This document shows, piece by piece, positions 20,397 to 32,432 of a stretch of 32,432 bases of DNA. The notes below the pieces were generated by a model. That model saw nothing but the letters and a program-made list of their open reading frames with translations. It did not search any database and was not told where the DNA came from. This DNA comes from Hyphochytrium catenoides (Eukaryota > Protista > Hyphochytriomycota): NCBI GenBank assembly GCA_900088475.1, contig FLMG01000485.1:1-32432 (forward strand), in the 5' to 3' direction. The translations under genes and the position numbers were made by a program. Within the stretch, counting starts at the first letter, position 1. Every line of letters starts with the position of its first letter.

Positions 20397-21323
20397 GTCT
20401 TTCTCACTCTCTATGTGGTTGTGTGTCCCGCTGTCACTTTCTCTCCTGTGCTGGTAATTAATTTGCCCTAACAAATAGCCTCCTCTTTCTCGCACCCCTG
20501 TCTTCCTCCTTGATCGAGGTAGCCTTTTCTTCTCTTCTCCACACTCTCTCTCCTCTTCTGCTTTACTGTCTCTTCTACTGTCTCTTGGTGATTACCTTAT
20601 GAGGAAGACAGGCTCCTTTCCTAGAGGGAAGAGGGAAACGGAGCGCTTCACTGCAGGGACAGGGAGGCGGACCGAAGGAGATAGAACTTTGAGGAGAGAC
20701 GACAGTCGAGATCGAGGTGGAAGGGAAGAGAGAGAGACCCGTGGAAGGGAGAGAAGAAGGAGAGAGAGGCTTTGGGCCAAGTAGGTGCTGAAGGTTGACC
20801 GGGAGCTCTGGCAGCCGCACTGAATGGAGAGCTATGAGAGAGAGACGCATACACAGACAAAAAGGGAAGTGAGACAGAGAGAGGTGGACAGAGCGAGAGG
20901 AACAGAAACACAAGGGAGAGAGAGAGAGAGAGAGAGAGGAAGAGAACGCGGTAAGCATTAATTCTCAAAAGGTACCGGACCAAGACGGAACAGCGGAAGA
21001 AGAGAACCGGGAGAGAGAAAGAGACAAAGGCAGTGGAACAATCTTAGAAAGACAGTTGAGCAGGCACCGGTACTCTTGTGATCCTCACATCTCTCTCTCT
21101 CTCTCTTACCGTCTTCCCTGGCTATGCTGGTCAAGCTCTTGAGTGGCACGCCTCTCTCTCCTCCCTGGGATGAAGAAAGAGAGACGCCACAGCTATCACA
21201 GAAGGCCCAGGCGGTGGCGCACGTGGCTCTGCAGCTAGGACAGGGAAGGAAGAGAGAAGGACTTCTCTTCTCTTTAGCGGCACGAGAGGCCGAGCCCCCG
21301 CCTCCTCTGCCGCGCTTGGGCAT
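16947..21323 (-). CDS. ~1238-aa protein with N-terminal zinc ribbon, coiled coil, four IQ motifs and three WW-like domains. Exons 21323-21110, 20819-20596, 20225-16947
   Basis: 3.3-kb open terminal exon with IQPLVRGFLGRR, IQRLVRGFLARR, IQCWLRERKA and IQRVWRGYLERE, and WW-like YFYVD..RNISQWEKP, YYVNLRTNTASWYKP and YYFYD..LQTSSWSKP. Upstream exons (CPSC..CDSCG) join through in-phase GT-AG introns; the 5' model is less certain. Confidence 0.85.
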
Positions 21324-22676
21324 CTAGGAGACGAGAAAGCAGGGAGCTCTTCTGGAGCCACGTGCTGCCCTTGTCAGCTTCTTCTCCTCATAGTCTCTTC
21401 CCTACCCAACTCATCCCTCCCGTCCCCTCATCCGTCTCTCTCCTAGACCCTCTGCCTTTCTCTAGCTGGCTGTTCTCTCTCTCTCTCTCTCTNNNNNNNN
21501 NNNNNNNNNNNNNNNNNNNNNNNNNNNNNNCTCTCACTCCGGGTTTGGCGCTGCAGTGCTCAGCCTTCCTTCCTCACGTCCGACTGCGTCTATGTCTTTT
21601 CAGACTTTTTCTCTTTCTTCCCTGTTCTTTGCCCTTTCGTGCTGGCCTTTCTCTCCTCTCTTACGTCTGGCGGTTCTTTTGAGCTTTATAGCTCAATAGC
21701 TTCTCTCTCTTCCTCTCTCTAGTCACCGCTGCCCTGCTCCTCTCTGTCCGTCGCCTCTTCCAGGTCCCTCTGCATCTGTCTCTCTCCGCCTCCGTCCTGC
21801 TCTCATGCTTCACCCTCTGCCTCTTCCCACCCTTGCTTGTCTCTGTTCGTCTCTCCATTTCCTTTCGAGACCTGAATGGTTCCTTGTACTCTCTCTCCTC
21901 TCTCCTCCTCTCCTGGCCCGCCCTCCTTTTCAGTCTTTCCGCATGTAGCTCCTAAGGATTCTTTCTCCCTATCCGCCTGTCTCTCTCTTCTCTCTCTCTC
22001 TCTCTCTCTCTCNNNNNNNNNNNNNNNNNNNNNNNNNNNNNNNNNNNAGCAAATAGCGTCAACCGAATTTCCAAAAGGAAATGCCGCCCTCCCGAGTTGA
22101 AGGAGTTTGTTGGCCGATATTAATACTACCTCAACCCAATTGCTCACAAAAGACCTATCATCTTTCCCGTGGAAGTTTGATCGCCCTATGCAATTCCGAA
22201 AGTAGATCAACATATCCCCAAGTCTACCAACCTATCATAGTCGTCCATCACTCGTCGCATTACACAGTGGTACAATTGTATTATCTGTCTTTTGTGAGTT
22301 CCACATCCTCTATAAACAAATAGACTAATAGACAGAGATTGTATGTCCTAATATTGTCGCCAAGGCAGAGTCAGGCTCTCTGGAGAAACATGATGAAGAT
22401 CTTGCGGACTCGGTCCTCAGCTTCCAGATGAAGAAGCTCTGCAGCTCCGATGCAGCGATGCAACCAAGCAGATTCTCAATCTGAAGCTCTGCTGAGAGAA
22501 GAAGGCGGCAGCTTTTTGCCTCGAGTCTGTTGGAAGCATAAACGATAGCTCTGCCACAGGGATTGACGTGCGTAGAGCTCTGCTGAAGCAGACTTGCGAG
22601 ACCCGAGAAGAGGCAAGAGCGACATTGAAAAGAATTTGAGCCCAGCACGAGAGAGTGTACAGCGCTCGAAGAAAGG

Positions 22677-25600
22677 ATGTCCGACGAGGAGTACGACTTC
22701 GAGTACTCTGATGAGGAGGAGGAAGAGCAGAATGTAGACATTGAGAACCAGTATTATAACGCCAAGGGTAAAGCGTCAGACCTAGGTCGTGGGACTCTCC
22801 TGGCCGTTGTCGCTGATCTCTGCTTGCCGCCACCTGCCTGTTTTCTCTCCTTTGTTCTGCAGGTCAGCGAGAAGACGATGTCGAGCAAGCTCTGAAAGGT
22901 CAAGCAAAGCTACTTCTTCTCTCGACCGCTCTGCCCTTTCATCTCTTTCATTGAGCTGCTGTGCGTTCTTGCTACTAAACTTCCATTGTTAGCCGCTCAT
23001 CCTCCAGCCTGGGGCTGATCCTATAAATGTTTTGTTCCTAATCTCTCATCGCTCGCCTCGCACTCTCTCTCCTTCCGTCTCCATTCCTCCTCAATCTTCC
23101 TCTTGTGGTGCCTGCTTTGCTTTGACAACTCTATTCTCGCTTCCTTCTGTTAACTCACCTCGCCTTAAAGGGAAGCAGGACGCCCTTTCATCCTCCAAAT
23201 GGCCGCTTTCGTTCTTCCGCTACTTCTAGCTTCTTTCTCTGGAGTCTCTCTCCATCCGTAGTTGCCATCTCTTCCCGCTCATGAATCTCCGTGCTCACCA
23301 CTTGCTGCCCACGATAGCGCTCTCCTCTTCACCCTACATTGAGCTCTCCACTATCTCTTACCTCACCGTGGTCGCTTTATGTCCCTACTATCCTTAATCT
23401 AGTTTGTCCCAGCCTTATCTGTGTATCAACATCTCTTACTCTTCGTTTCTCCTTCCCTCCTCGCCTTAGAGTTCCAAAAGGTCATTGAGATGGAGGAGGA
23501 AGAGGGAGAATGGGGCTTTAAAGCGCTGAAGCAGATGGTGAAGCTGCATTTCAAGTTGGGCCAGTTCGATCGTATGATGGACTCCTACGAGCGCCTCCTC
23601 GCCTATACCAAGACAGCAGTGACCAGAAATGTGGNNNNNNNNNNNNNNNNNNNNNNNNNNNNNNNNNNNNNNNNNNNNNNNNNNNNNNNNNNNNNNNNNN
23701 NNNNNNNNNNNNNNNNNNNNNNNNNNNNNNNNNNNNNNCCCATAAATGTCTCTTAGTCTCCAAGCATCCAACTGCAATTTTACCTGTGCGACTTTTCCAC
23801 TCCTCCCGCAACTTCCCGATATCTCTTTTTCCAAGATTTTTTTCTTCTTTAGAGCCACTCTCTGGTCTGCCTAGTTGTCCCCTCAACCCCTAACACCAAG
23901 CATAGTCTCTCTTCAACTCAACCTTCAAAGGGCCTCACACCGGTCTAGACCGCTATCGCCTGTCCTATTGCTGAGCTTTCATCTCTCGCTCTGTTTTGTA
24001 CCTGTTGGCATTCAGTCTCCCCCCGTCTGGCTGTCTCCTCACTGGTTGGCTGCCTCTCTCACTATTCTTTTCTATTGCTTTAGAATGGGGATGTCTTGCA
24101 GCGTGTCTATGAGACTACTTTGGAGACGCTAAAAGAGAATCAGAATGAGGTTAGCGAGGATGAACCCTTGCCTACATTTCTCACTCCTTCGTTTTCTAGC
24201 TGAATCTGAGCAATCATGTCACGCTCCTACCGTCCGATCTCTAGAAGGGTCCCCCACAATCGCATGTATCACAAGCCCGATTTCTTATCTTCCTTTGGCG
24301 GACTGCTTTTCCTGATACTGAACCTTCAATCTCTTCCGCTTGATCACTTGAATGCATTGTACGTGTAGCGGCTATGGTTTAAGACGAATGTGAAGCTTGG
24401 CAACCTTCTTCTGGATCAGAACGACTTCGTGCGGCTCACCAAGGTCAGTAGTGGGGGACGGAGAGACAGAGATCAGGGTGTGTCTACACCTAGAAAAAAT
24501 GAGCTCGGCTCGTATGCTTATTGGGCCACTTGCCCTTGTCCCTGTACCTAGATTGTGAAGGAACTTCAGCAGTCATGTAAGACGCAAGAAGGGGAGGACA
24601 ACGTCAAGAAAGGGACGCAGGTCTGCTCCATGCCATTCTCTTTTCTCTTTGCCCTCCCACAGTGCAGCACTTCAATTGTGCATTTCTTTCCATTTCAGTT
24701 ATGGCTGTATTCCCCGTCCTTCAAACATACGGGGGCATATGTCTGTTGTCCAGAAAGACTTCGGCATATCTTGTCTCTCTTTACCATGCTGAGAGCGTTG
24801 CCGAGCCTCCAATGTCCCGCTCTGGAGCTGCCACTTACATGTCTCTGCCTTCCTGCGTCTTCTTGTTAATTGGGTGTCATCTTCTCTTCCTGATCGCCCC
24901 TTTCTTCCGGGCTTCTCACCGTTTCTCTCTTGTTTGCTTTTCCTCGTGTCATCATCTGCTAGCTCCTTGAAGTGTACGCGCTGCAGATCCAGATGTACAC
25001 GGCCCAGAGAGACAACAAGAAGCTCAAGTCTCTTTATCAGAAGGCTCTGCAGATCAAGTCCGCCATCCCTCACCCTGTACGGCCTATTGCCAAAATCTCT
25101 CTGTCTCTGTCCTTTCTCTTTGCCCAATTGGGTTGAGGCAGATCAAAGTTGTGCTTGCGTTCATTCCCTCTAAGTGTAACATGGTATCGTCGGAAGAGTA
25201 TCCTGAGGCTGCGTTTCTCTCTCTCTTTCTCCACTGCCACCACGTCTGTTCACTGCTTTTCTCCCCTGCAGCGTATCATGGGAGTCATCAGAGAGTGCGG
25301 AGGGAAGATGCACATGATGGAGGTATGTCATGAGGTTCTCCCCATAAGTTGACAACGTCATTCCCTCCTCTCTCCCTCCTCTTCGTAGTCATTGGATTCC
25401 TTCGAGGTCGTTAGGTTCATCTCCTCTAACTTACAATCGCCGCTGCAATCATTGTCGTCTTACCTTAAAGAGAGAATGGGAGAAGGCACGGACAGACTTC
25501 TTCGAAGGGTTTAAGGCTTACGATGAGGCCGGAGAGCTCAGGCGGCTCCAATGTTTGAAGTATGATGGCACGGGAGCGAGCGATACACTCCTCTCTCCTT

Positions 25601-26066
25601 ATAGCCTCAACTGCTTGCCTGTCTCCTTCAATTAGCTTCTCCACTTCATTGTCTCTTCTACGTGCATCTGCTCCTATCTGACTTCTCACCCTTTATACCT
25701 CTATTCTACTGGGACCATAGTCCGCTCTCAGGAGCTTTTCCAGTTGACTTTTCTTATGGGCACTTTCCGTGTTCTTTCTAGGTATCTAGTCCTGGCCAAC
25801 ATGTTGATGCAATCGAAGATCAATCCCTTTGACTCTCAAGAAGCTAAGCCGTAAGACAAAGCTACCTATGCTCATTATCTGGGACGCTTGTTTGTCTTCT
25901 GTTCCGCTAAATTCACCATCTACCCCGTCCCTTCACCTCTCCCTGTCTCTCTCCCAGGTACGAGCATGACGCCGAGATTGTGGCAATGACCAACCTGACC
26001 AACGCCTACCTTAGAGATGAAATTCAAGAGTTTGGTAAGTTATAGCCTTCTCTGCATGCAAAAGGG

Positions 26067-26097
<31 letters not shown>

Positions 26098-27159
26098 TGT
26101 CCTCCTCTCTCTTTTGGGGTGTTTCCTCTCCCTCTTCCATCCTAAAAAGGTGACCCTTTGTCAGTGTTGCCTACCTCGGACGCGGACTTCTCCGACTGAC
26201 TCGGGCCGTTGCTCTCTTTGCACCAGAGAGCATACTCAAAAAGAATAGGAAGACGATAATGGAAGATGCCTTTATCAAGGTTTACATCGATGATCTCCTG
26301 AGGACCATCCGCACACAGGTAAAGGCGGCATACAGGCAGGAACAGATAACAGAAATGTAAACAATGGAAGCTTGGGTTGATAATTGCGGAGGGACTGAAG
26401 CTGTGCACGAGTCTAAAGAGTATGGACTTCAGTCATAGAGAGGTTACTTGCCCCATAGACAGGGAGTAAGCGTGAGCGCTGACAGCTGAACAATTCAAGC
26501 CAGATGAGAGTCATTCAGCAACTCAACTCTCTCTCTCCCTCTCTCCTACCATGGCCCCACTAGGTGTTAGTGAAGATCATCAGGCCCTACACTCGCATCA
26601 GCCTCGCCTATATTGCCAAGGAGCTGAATGGCATCTCGAGGGAGGAGGTGGAATCTCTTCTCGTCTCTCTCATACTTGACAACAAGATCAACGGACACGT
26701 CAACCAGATAGAAGGCATACTGGTGATGGGAAGTGGGTGAGTCAGCAGAGGAATGGTGACGAGAGTCAGTCAGTCCGCGGATGCCCTCATAGCTCTCAAG
26801 GCACCATACATCATGCCGTTCTCTCGTCTCCTTGTGTTTCCTGCCTTCGATATGCTCAGTCTTGGAGCTACGTTACAATTCTGATTCGCTCACCTCGTCC
26901 ACCGGAAAGAGACAACCATGTACAGCCCCTCACTATGTTGCTTGAGAGACTCAGAATCTGTCTCCTGCAGTCTCTCTGCCTCCTGTGCCTCCTCCCAACT
27001 TCTGCCTTCCCGTATCACCTTATCTGCTGCTAACTGTGCTACTTCCCTTTATGCTCGGTCAGGCACCAAGTGAATCGCAAGTACAACGCCATTGACAAAT
27101 GGAACGACGCGCTGGCCACCCTCCACCAGACCGTCGTCAACAAGATAACAGTTGCTTGA
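22677..27159 (+). CDS. CSN2: COP9 signalosome subunit 2. Exons 22677-22767, 22863-22898, 23470-(gap), 24084-24149, 24369-24443, 24552-24620, 24963-25076, 25272-25322, 25471-25559, 25782-25850, 25958-26034, 26227-26318, 26564-26736, 27063-27159
   Basis: [125 protein letters not shown], and the PCI domain [27 protein letters not shown]. Confidence 0.97.
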
Positions 27160-28283
27160 GCTGCGCAGAGCTGTGTTGGACAGGATTGCCAGTGAATGGG
27201 AGTGACAAGTGACCGCCAGTCTTGCTTGCAGAGGAGAGAGCTGACAATGACCTATGTGACAAGATCAAAGCAGGAAAGAGCAGTAGATAAAAGAAGAGAG
27301 ATGAGATGAAGTGACAAGCATATAGACAGAAGATTACGCCTTCTCTCTCTTCGAGTTGCCATTGTGCCTTTACTTCTCAAAGCGCAGCGTCGACTCCGCT
27401 GTCGCTTTGTAAGATCGACGGAAATAATTTGAGGTTAAGCGAGACTTTGCGGTAAGAAGAAAGAAGAAGGTTCGCGGGCCGCGGTACCACAATAAATTTT
27501 TGAGATGTGCTACCAAGAAAAGAAGAAAGAGCTGCTTTAATTCCAGAGACAGAGAGCAGAAGAGCAACACAAGGGAGCTACTAGGGAGAGAACTAAGAAG
27601 AGAAAGGAAACGAAGTTGAGATCATCAAAGAAACAAGAGAGATTGGCCTACAGCGTGGAGACCCAGGGAAACGGCACAGAGCCACATGATAGCGGCATAG
27701 CAGTAGCTTGAGCGTGGGGTGCAGTGGAGTTGGAGAGAAAGAGAGAGAGAAGTAGACCCGAGAGAAGGCGAAGGCGACGAAGTCGCTCAGGCAAAGGCAC
27801 AGCCGTCAAAAAGAAATGGTTTATTTGGAGGATCTGTTCGTTTCGGAGCATCGGGGAGTGCTATATCTTACGGCAGTAGAGACGACATAGGAGGCACATA
27901 AAGAGAGAAAGAGAGCACAGGAAAGCGCTTCACGATTCATGCTTCGCAGAGAGCTGAACGAAAGAGAGGAGCCAAGACAGATATCAAACGGACCAGCCTC
28001 TCCATGTTCCTTGCTGGTGTCAGTCCGGAGGAATACGGAAGCAAGAGAGAGAGAGACGCTACAAGCTTGTTATTTCTCCTGTCTCTCGCTGTCTCCAGTC
28101 TGCTTGAATCAATCGGAAAGACTAGAAAAACCGGGAGAGCATGACGCTCCTCCCAAAGCTGCAGAGGCCGCCATAACCCATGAAGGACCCTGCTCCCTTA
28201 TGCTCTCCTGGTCTTTGGTGGACCTTGCTCTTTTCTCTTCTTCTGCGCCATCAAGTCCATTCTCTCTCTCTCTGTCTCTCTCT

Positions 28284-29471
28284 TTAAAAATCATCGATCT
28301 CTACTGCTGTCTTCACAAGCGGCTGACGATGGTCTCTGCTCCCAAGTGTGAGCCACCGCGCAAGCACGTGAACTTTCTCTTCCTCGCTAAGGCCGTCATT
28401 TCTCAAGTGACCAGCCGTCCGAAGGTGAGTCAGAGTCACGGCGCAGGCAACAGAGACATTGAAACTCTCTACGAATCCGTGCATCGGGATGAAGAAGCTG
28501 GAGAGGGAATGTGGCAGGAAGGGGAGAGAAAGAGACCGCGGGGAGAGAATAGAAGAACGAGACAAAGCCGGAGAGAAAAAGAGAGAGAGAGAGTGTGAGT
28601 TGATCAGTAGACAGAGAGAGAGAACCAAGTGTGTTATGAAGGAGACTGAGACGTAGGACCCCAAGAGAGAGTGGGCCAGCTGCTTGGTTGATGGGAAGAT
28701 AAAGAGGATGCGGTCAAGGGAAATGAAGGGGGAGAGAGAGAGGCGTTTGACCCTTTAACCCTTCGCATACCTTGTGGCGTGCTTCAAGAGGAGCTTCGAG
28801 GGGCCACGTGCCTGTAATCAGAGGAGGAAACGCGATAGAGAGAGCGGGCGAGAAGCGTGAGAGAGAGACAGAGAGATAGAGAGCAGACAGCACAGAGTCA
28901 AAGAGAAAGAGAGAGACAACGAGAAAGAGACAGAGAGAGGAGAAGAAGATATAAGTTGCAAGCAGCCTGAACGTAAGGCTCTGAGAGTAGCTTTGAAGCA
29001 GGCGAGGGCCTGAAGATGGAAGCGATAATGCTAAGAGGATAGAGAAAAGACGGCTCTTCTGTATGCAGAGAGAGTAACACAAAGCCAGATGGAGAGTGAA
29101 AGTGAGAGCAAGAAGAGCCTAAACATAGTGGAACAGACAAACAAACAAGGCGAGAGAGAGTGAGAGAGAGAGAGAGAGAGACAAGGGATGTGGAGAGATT
29201 CCCACCTCATTGCCAAAGACTATTGCGATCTTTTCTGCCCTTCTCTCTCCTTCACCTTGGGGATTACTCTCTTCCTCTCTCTCTCTTTCTGAAGGAAAGA
29301 GCTTGTCGAGCAGGGTCGTGGGAGGTTTGACGTCTGCGGCGTAGAGCTTGAAGCCCGCACTCTTCAGCGCGTCAACGGCATCCAGAGGGTGATTGTAATG
29401 CTGAAGGCTTAGCCATCTGCCAGAGAGAGAGAGAGAGAGACAGCGGTCAAGAGATGGAAAGAGAGAAAGAC

Positions 29472-29506
<35 letters not shown>

Positions 29507-30679
29507 AGCCCCACTGCTTCCAAACGATATGATTCAAATTCCAGAGATACCAGCTTCAAAGGGAGGAAAAGAGTAAACAAGGGAGAGAACATAAGAGAGA
29601 GAGCGAGACAGAGAGAAAGTATCCCGTAGGCTGAGAAAAGGAGCTTAACTAATTGATCTTTGTGTTATAACACAGAGATGAACAGAGAGAGAGAGTGTGG
29701 AAGAGACAGGGTGGACGGTACTGGAGAACATTAGAGAAAGATGGTATGTCAAGGAGAAAGATTAAAAGACGGAGAGAGAGTGAGAGAGAGAAAAGAAGAG
29801 AGAGAGAGGGAGAAAAGACGAGAGAGAGAGAGAGAGAGACAGAAGGAGGGTTGAAGAGAGAGAGAGAGAAAGAGAGGGCATACTTGGCTGCCCCTGCGCT
29901 GGTCTTGGTATCGGTGATGTCGTGTGTGTGGAACTGGAAGTGGCTGTAGCTCTGGATGAGATGAAGGCTCTGGATGCCGAACGCCTCTGCCGTCCGAAGA
30001 ATGGCCGCCGCGTTGTGCGGGTGAGTGATGTTCTCAAGCACGAGACAGACATTAGGGCACCGCGAGCTGTAGATAGATAGATAGAGAGATAAAGAGAGGG
30101 AGAGAGAGATGGTGAGAGAGAGAGAGATGGAGAGAGAGAGAGAAAGAAAGAGAGAGAGAGAGAAAGAGAGAGTAGACGGCCGGACGTTGGGAGCGCGAGG
30201 GGTAAGAAGGTAAAAATAAGGAGAGAAAGGAGAGAAATAGAGAGAGAGGAAAGTGAAAAAAAAAGTAAAGGGAAGAGTTTAGAAAGTGAAGGGGAAAGAG
30301 GGAGAAGTTCGGACGATAGGAAAAGCGAGACCGAGCAAGAGAAATAGCTGGACAGTAGTAGGATAAAGAACAAAGGAGAGACAATGGAAGAGAGGAAAAA
30401 ATTGAAGAACTAAATGGGCAAAAGAGGTGAATGATAGTGAGAGAGAAAGAGAGAGAAAGTAAAAGAAAGAAAGAGAGACGAGAACACCGCGATAAAGCCA
30501 ATGGCCGGCAGCATTTGGGCAAGAAAGAGAAAGCGTAGCAGGATAAAGAGAGAGAGAGACAAGGACAAGCAGCCAAAGAAGCAATTATCGCCTTGAGGAG
30601 AAATGCCCAGGAGCGATGACGGAGAGTAGACTGTAACAGAGACAAGGACAGACAGATTTCGAGAGAGAGAGAGAGCGAA

Positions 30680-30719
<40 letters not shown>

Positions 30720-31165
30720 AGCTCAGGAGAGACAAGGAAGAAGGATCGTACTCTAGGACTTCCTTCATGCGCTGTAACCTAACAGGCTGGGGAGAGGAGA
30801 AGGCGAGGTCAAGGCCACTGCCTGATGAGTCTTAACAGTAAACAGAGAGAGAGAGAGAGCAGAGTTCGAGATGAAGAGCAAGAGCCAGAGAAAGAGACTA
30901 ATGAGGATAGAGAGGGACGAAAGCGTGAGAAACACAGACATAGGAAGCAGAAGTAGAACCCAGAGAAAGAGAGTATAACTGGGAGGAAGAGAGAGAAAGA
31001 AAGAGAGAAAGATAAAAAAAAAGATAAAAGAAGAGAGAGAGAGCGAGAGGGCGAGAGGAGGCGGAAGGAGGAATGTCCAGAGTCTCTTCTGTTCCTCACC
31101 TTGACTGTCGGGCTTAGCGCCTTGACTATGGCCGTAGCGTCCGCTAGAGAGCGCTTCCTTGACAT
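28284..31165 (-). CDS. trmH: SpoU/TrmH-family tRNA (Gm18) 2'-O-methyltransferase, ~249 aa. Exons 31165-31100, 30786-30752, 30066-29884, 29416-29206, 28811-28771, 28497-28284
   Basis: SPOUT motif 1 VLENITHPHNAAAILRTAEAFGIQ, SAGAAKWL, motif 2 IAIVFGNEARG and motif 3 FIPMHGFVESFNVSVA. The exons sum to 750 nt in frame. Confidence 0.88.
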
Positions 31166-31199
31166 TCTGCATCACTATCGCCAGCTCCGTTCTTTTAAC

Positions 31200-31230
<31 letters not shown>

Positions 31231-31454
31231 CCCACTCAAAGGGGTCTACCCTACGTTCCCGACGGCCCTGTTCCTACGGAGGCAACTATTACCCGGCCCC
31301 TCCGCTGTTTCCTTCTCTCCCTCACTCTTCCCAGCCCGGCTGCCGTGGTGATAACTCTCTCTGCTATCTCTCTCCCACCTCTGTAGGCAAGATGATCCAA
31401 CTAGATGAAGAAAGAGATCGAGCTTGGGAGGCAAGAGGCAAGAAACATCGTAGC

Positions 31455-31540
31455 AAGAGAGGGAGACAGAGAGAGAAAAAGAGAGACAGAGAGAGAGAGA
31501 GACAGAGAGAGAGAGACAGAGAGAGAGAGAGAGACAGAGA

Positions 31541-31579
<39 letters not shown>

Positions 31580-31580
31580 G
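31455..31580 (+). repeat. Interrupted (GA)n microsatellite
   Basis: About 120 bp of gagagagacagagagaga repeats. Confidence 0.95.
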
Positions 31581-31827
31581 AACATCATCAGAATCAGGAT
31601 TGTCAACTGCCACCCGAATACAAGCTGAAAGAAGCGGCCCTTAAGAACTAAGTTTCGAAGCTCACTTGGGTATTCTTCGGCCCTGATTCGTGAGGCCCAC
31701 CGAAATATGGTAATAATTCTTGTAATTGTCGTCCACACTTCGTGATCTAAGTTCGGTGTAATACTGCCAATGACGTTTATATTCGTTCTTCTCAGCTCTT
31801 TTCTGCTATATTGCATAGATATGACTC

Positions 31828-31829
<2 letters not shown>

Positions 31830-31873
<44 letters not shown>

Positions 31874-32050
31874 ACTCTCACTCTCTGTGTCTCTCTCTCT
31901 GTCTGTCTCTCTCACACTCTCTCTTCTATCTCTGTCTCTGTCTCTCTCTGTCTCTCTTTGTCTCTTTCTTCCCCCGTGTGTCTCTCTCTCCCCTCTCTCT
32001 CTTTCCCTCTCTCTCTTTTTCTTTCTCTCTTTCTCTTCTACATCCTCTCT
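31830..32050 (+). repeat. (CT)n microsatellite and low-complexity tract
   Basis: Long perfect and degenerate CT runs. Confidence 0.95.
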
Positions 32051-32432
32051 GTCGCACTCTATTTACATCATTTTGCCCCTCTGTCTCGCCGCACGTGGCA
32101 GTCTCTCCATAGAAGTTCTCTTCTTCATCTCTGGACGTCTTCTGCTTGAAGGGAAAGACTTTCCTTCCAAGCAATCAACGACTCGCATCTCATCTTTCTC
32201 TCCCTTTCTCTCTTCCACCACGCAGCGCCTAGGACAGAAGACTATCTTCCTTCCTTTTCTCTTCCTGGGGAAGGAAAGGAAACCATCTTCATCCTTTCCT
32301 CTCCTCCCACTCTTCTCTTTCTCTCGCTCAGGCTCGAGTTTCTAGAGGCTTGTCTCTCTTTTCACAGATCGTCCCCTGCCCTTTCTCCCTCTCCTCTCTC
32401 TCCCTCCTCTCTCTCTCTCTCTCTCTCTCTCT

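Noticed and set aside
20226-20495. N-terminal ~90 aa of the 1182-aa ORF call
   Set aside because: It begins at a non-ATG codon and translates a (GA)n tract; better explained as intron 2 ending at the acceptor before 20225.
27370-28283. ORFs between CSN2 and trmH
   Set aside because: Low-complexity 3' UTR or intergenic sequence with no motifs.
9581-31165. The five genes as a functional cluster
   Set aside because: Unrelated functions and mixed orientation, with no shared regulatory signature visible.
31200-32432. SLSLSL/ERERER ORFs and the non-repetitive island at 31590-31830
   Set aside because: The frames are open because of dinucleotide repeats, and no domain or supported exon chain is recognisable.

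Overview
Draft-assembly eukaryotic genomic DNA with spliceosomal introns and four short N gaps; the gene content suggests a protist, possibly a stramenopile (inference only). The left ~9.2 kb is nested, decayed transposons: two oppositely oriented Ty1/Copia fragments (one with its PPT and 3' LTR), two Helentron/HINE-like insertions sharing a hairpin terminus and a (GTCT)n microsatellite, and a frameshifted P-element-like DDE transposase relic. The rest holds five spliced genes reconstructed by hand: a SIW14/OCA-family phosphatase-like gene lacking the catalytic Arg and with a GC-AG intron (+), NAA60 (+), a ~1240-aa zinc-ribbon/IQ/WW protein (-), COP9 signalosome subunit 2 (+) and a bacterial-type TrmH/SpoU methyltransferase (-). 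A ~90-bp fold-back of gag-like sequence lies at 13.2 kb, and (CT)n/(GA)n microsatellites become dense beyond ~16 kb. I see no clear multi-gene novel system. The best leads are the unclassified transposase, the Helentron-like elements with orphan cargo, the pseudophosphatase and several splicing oddities.
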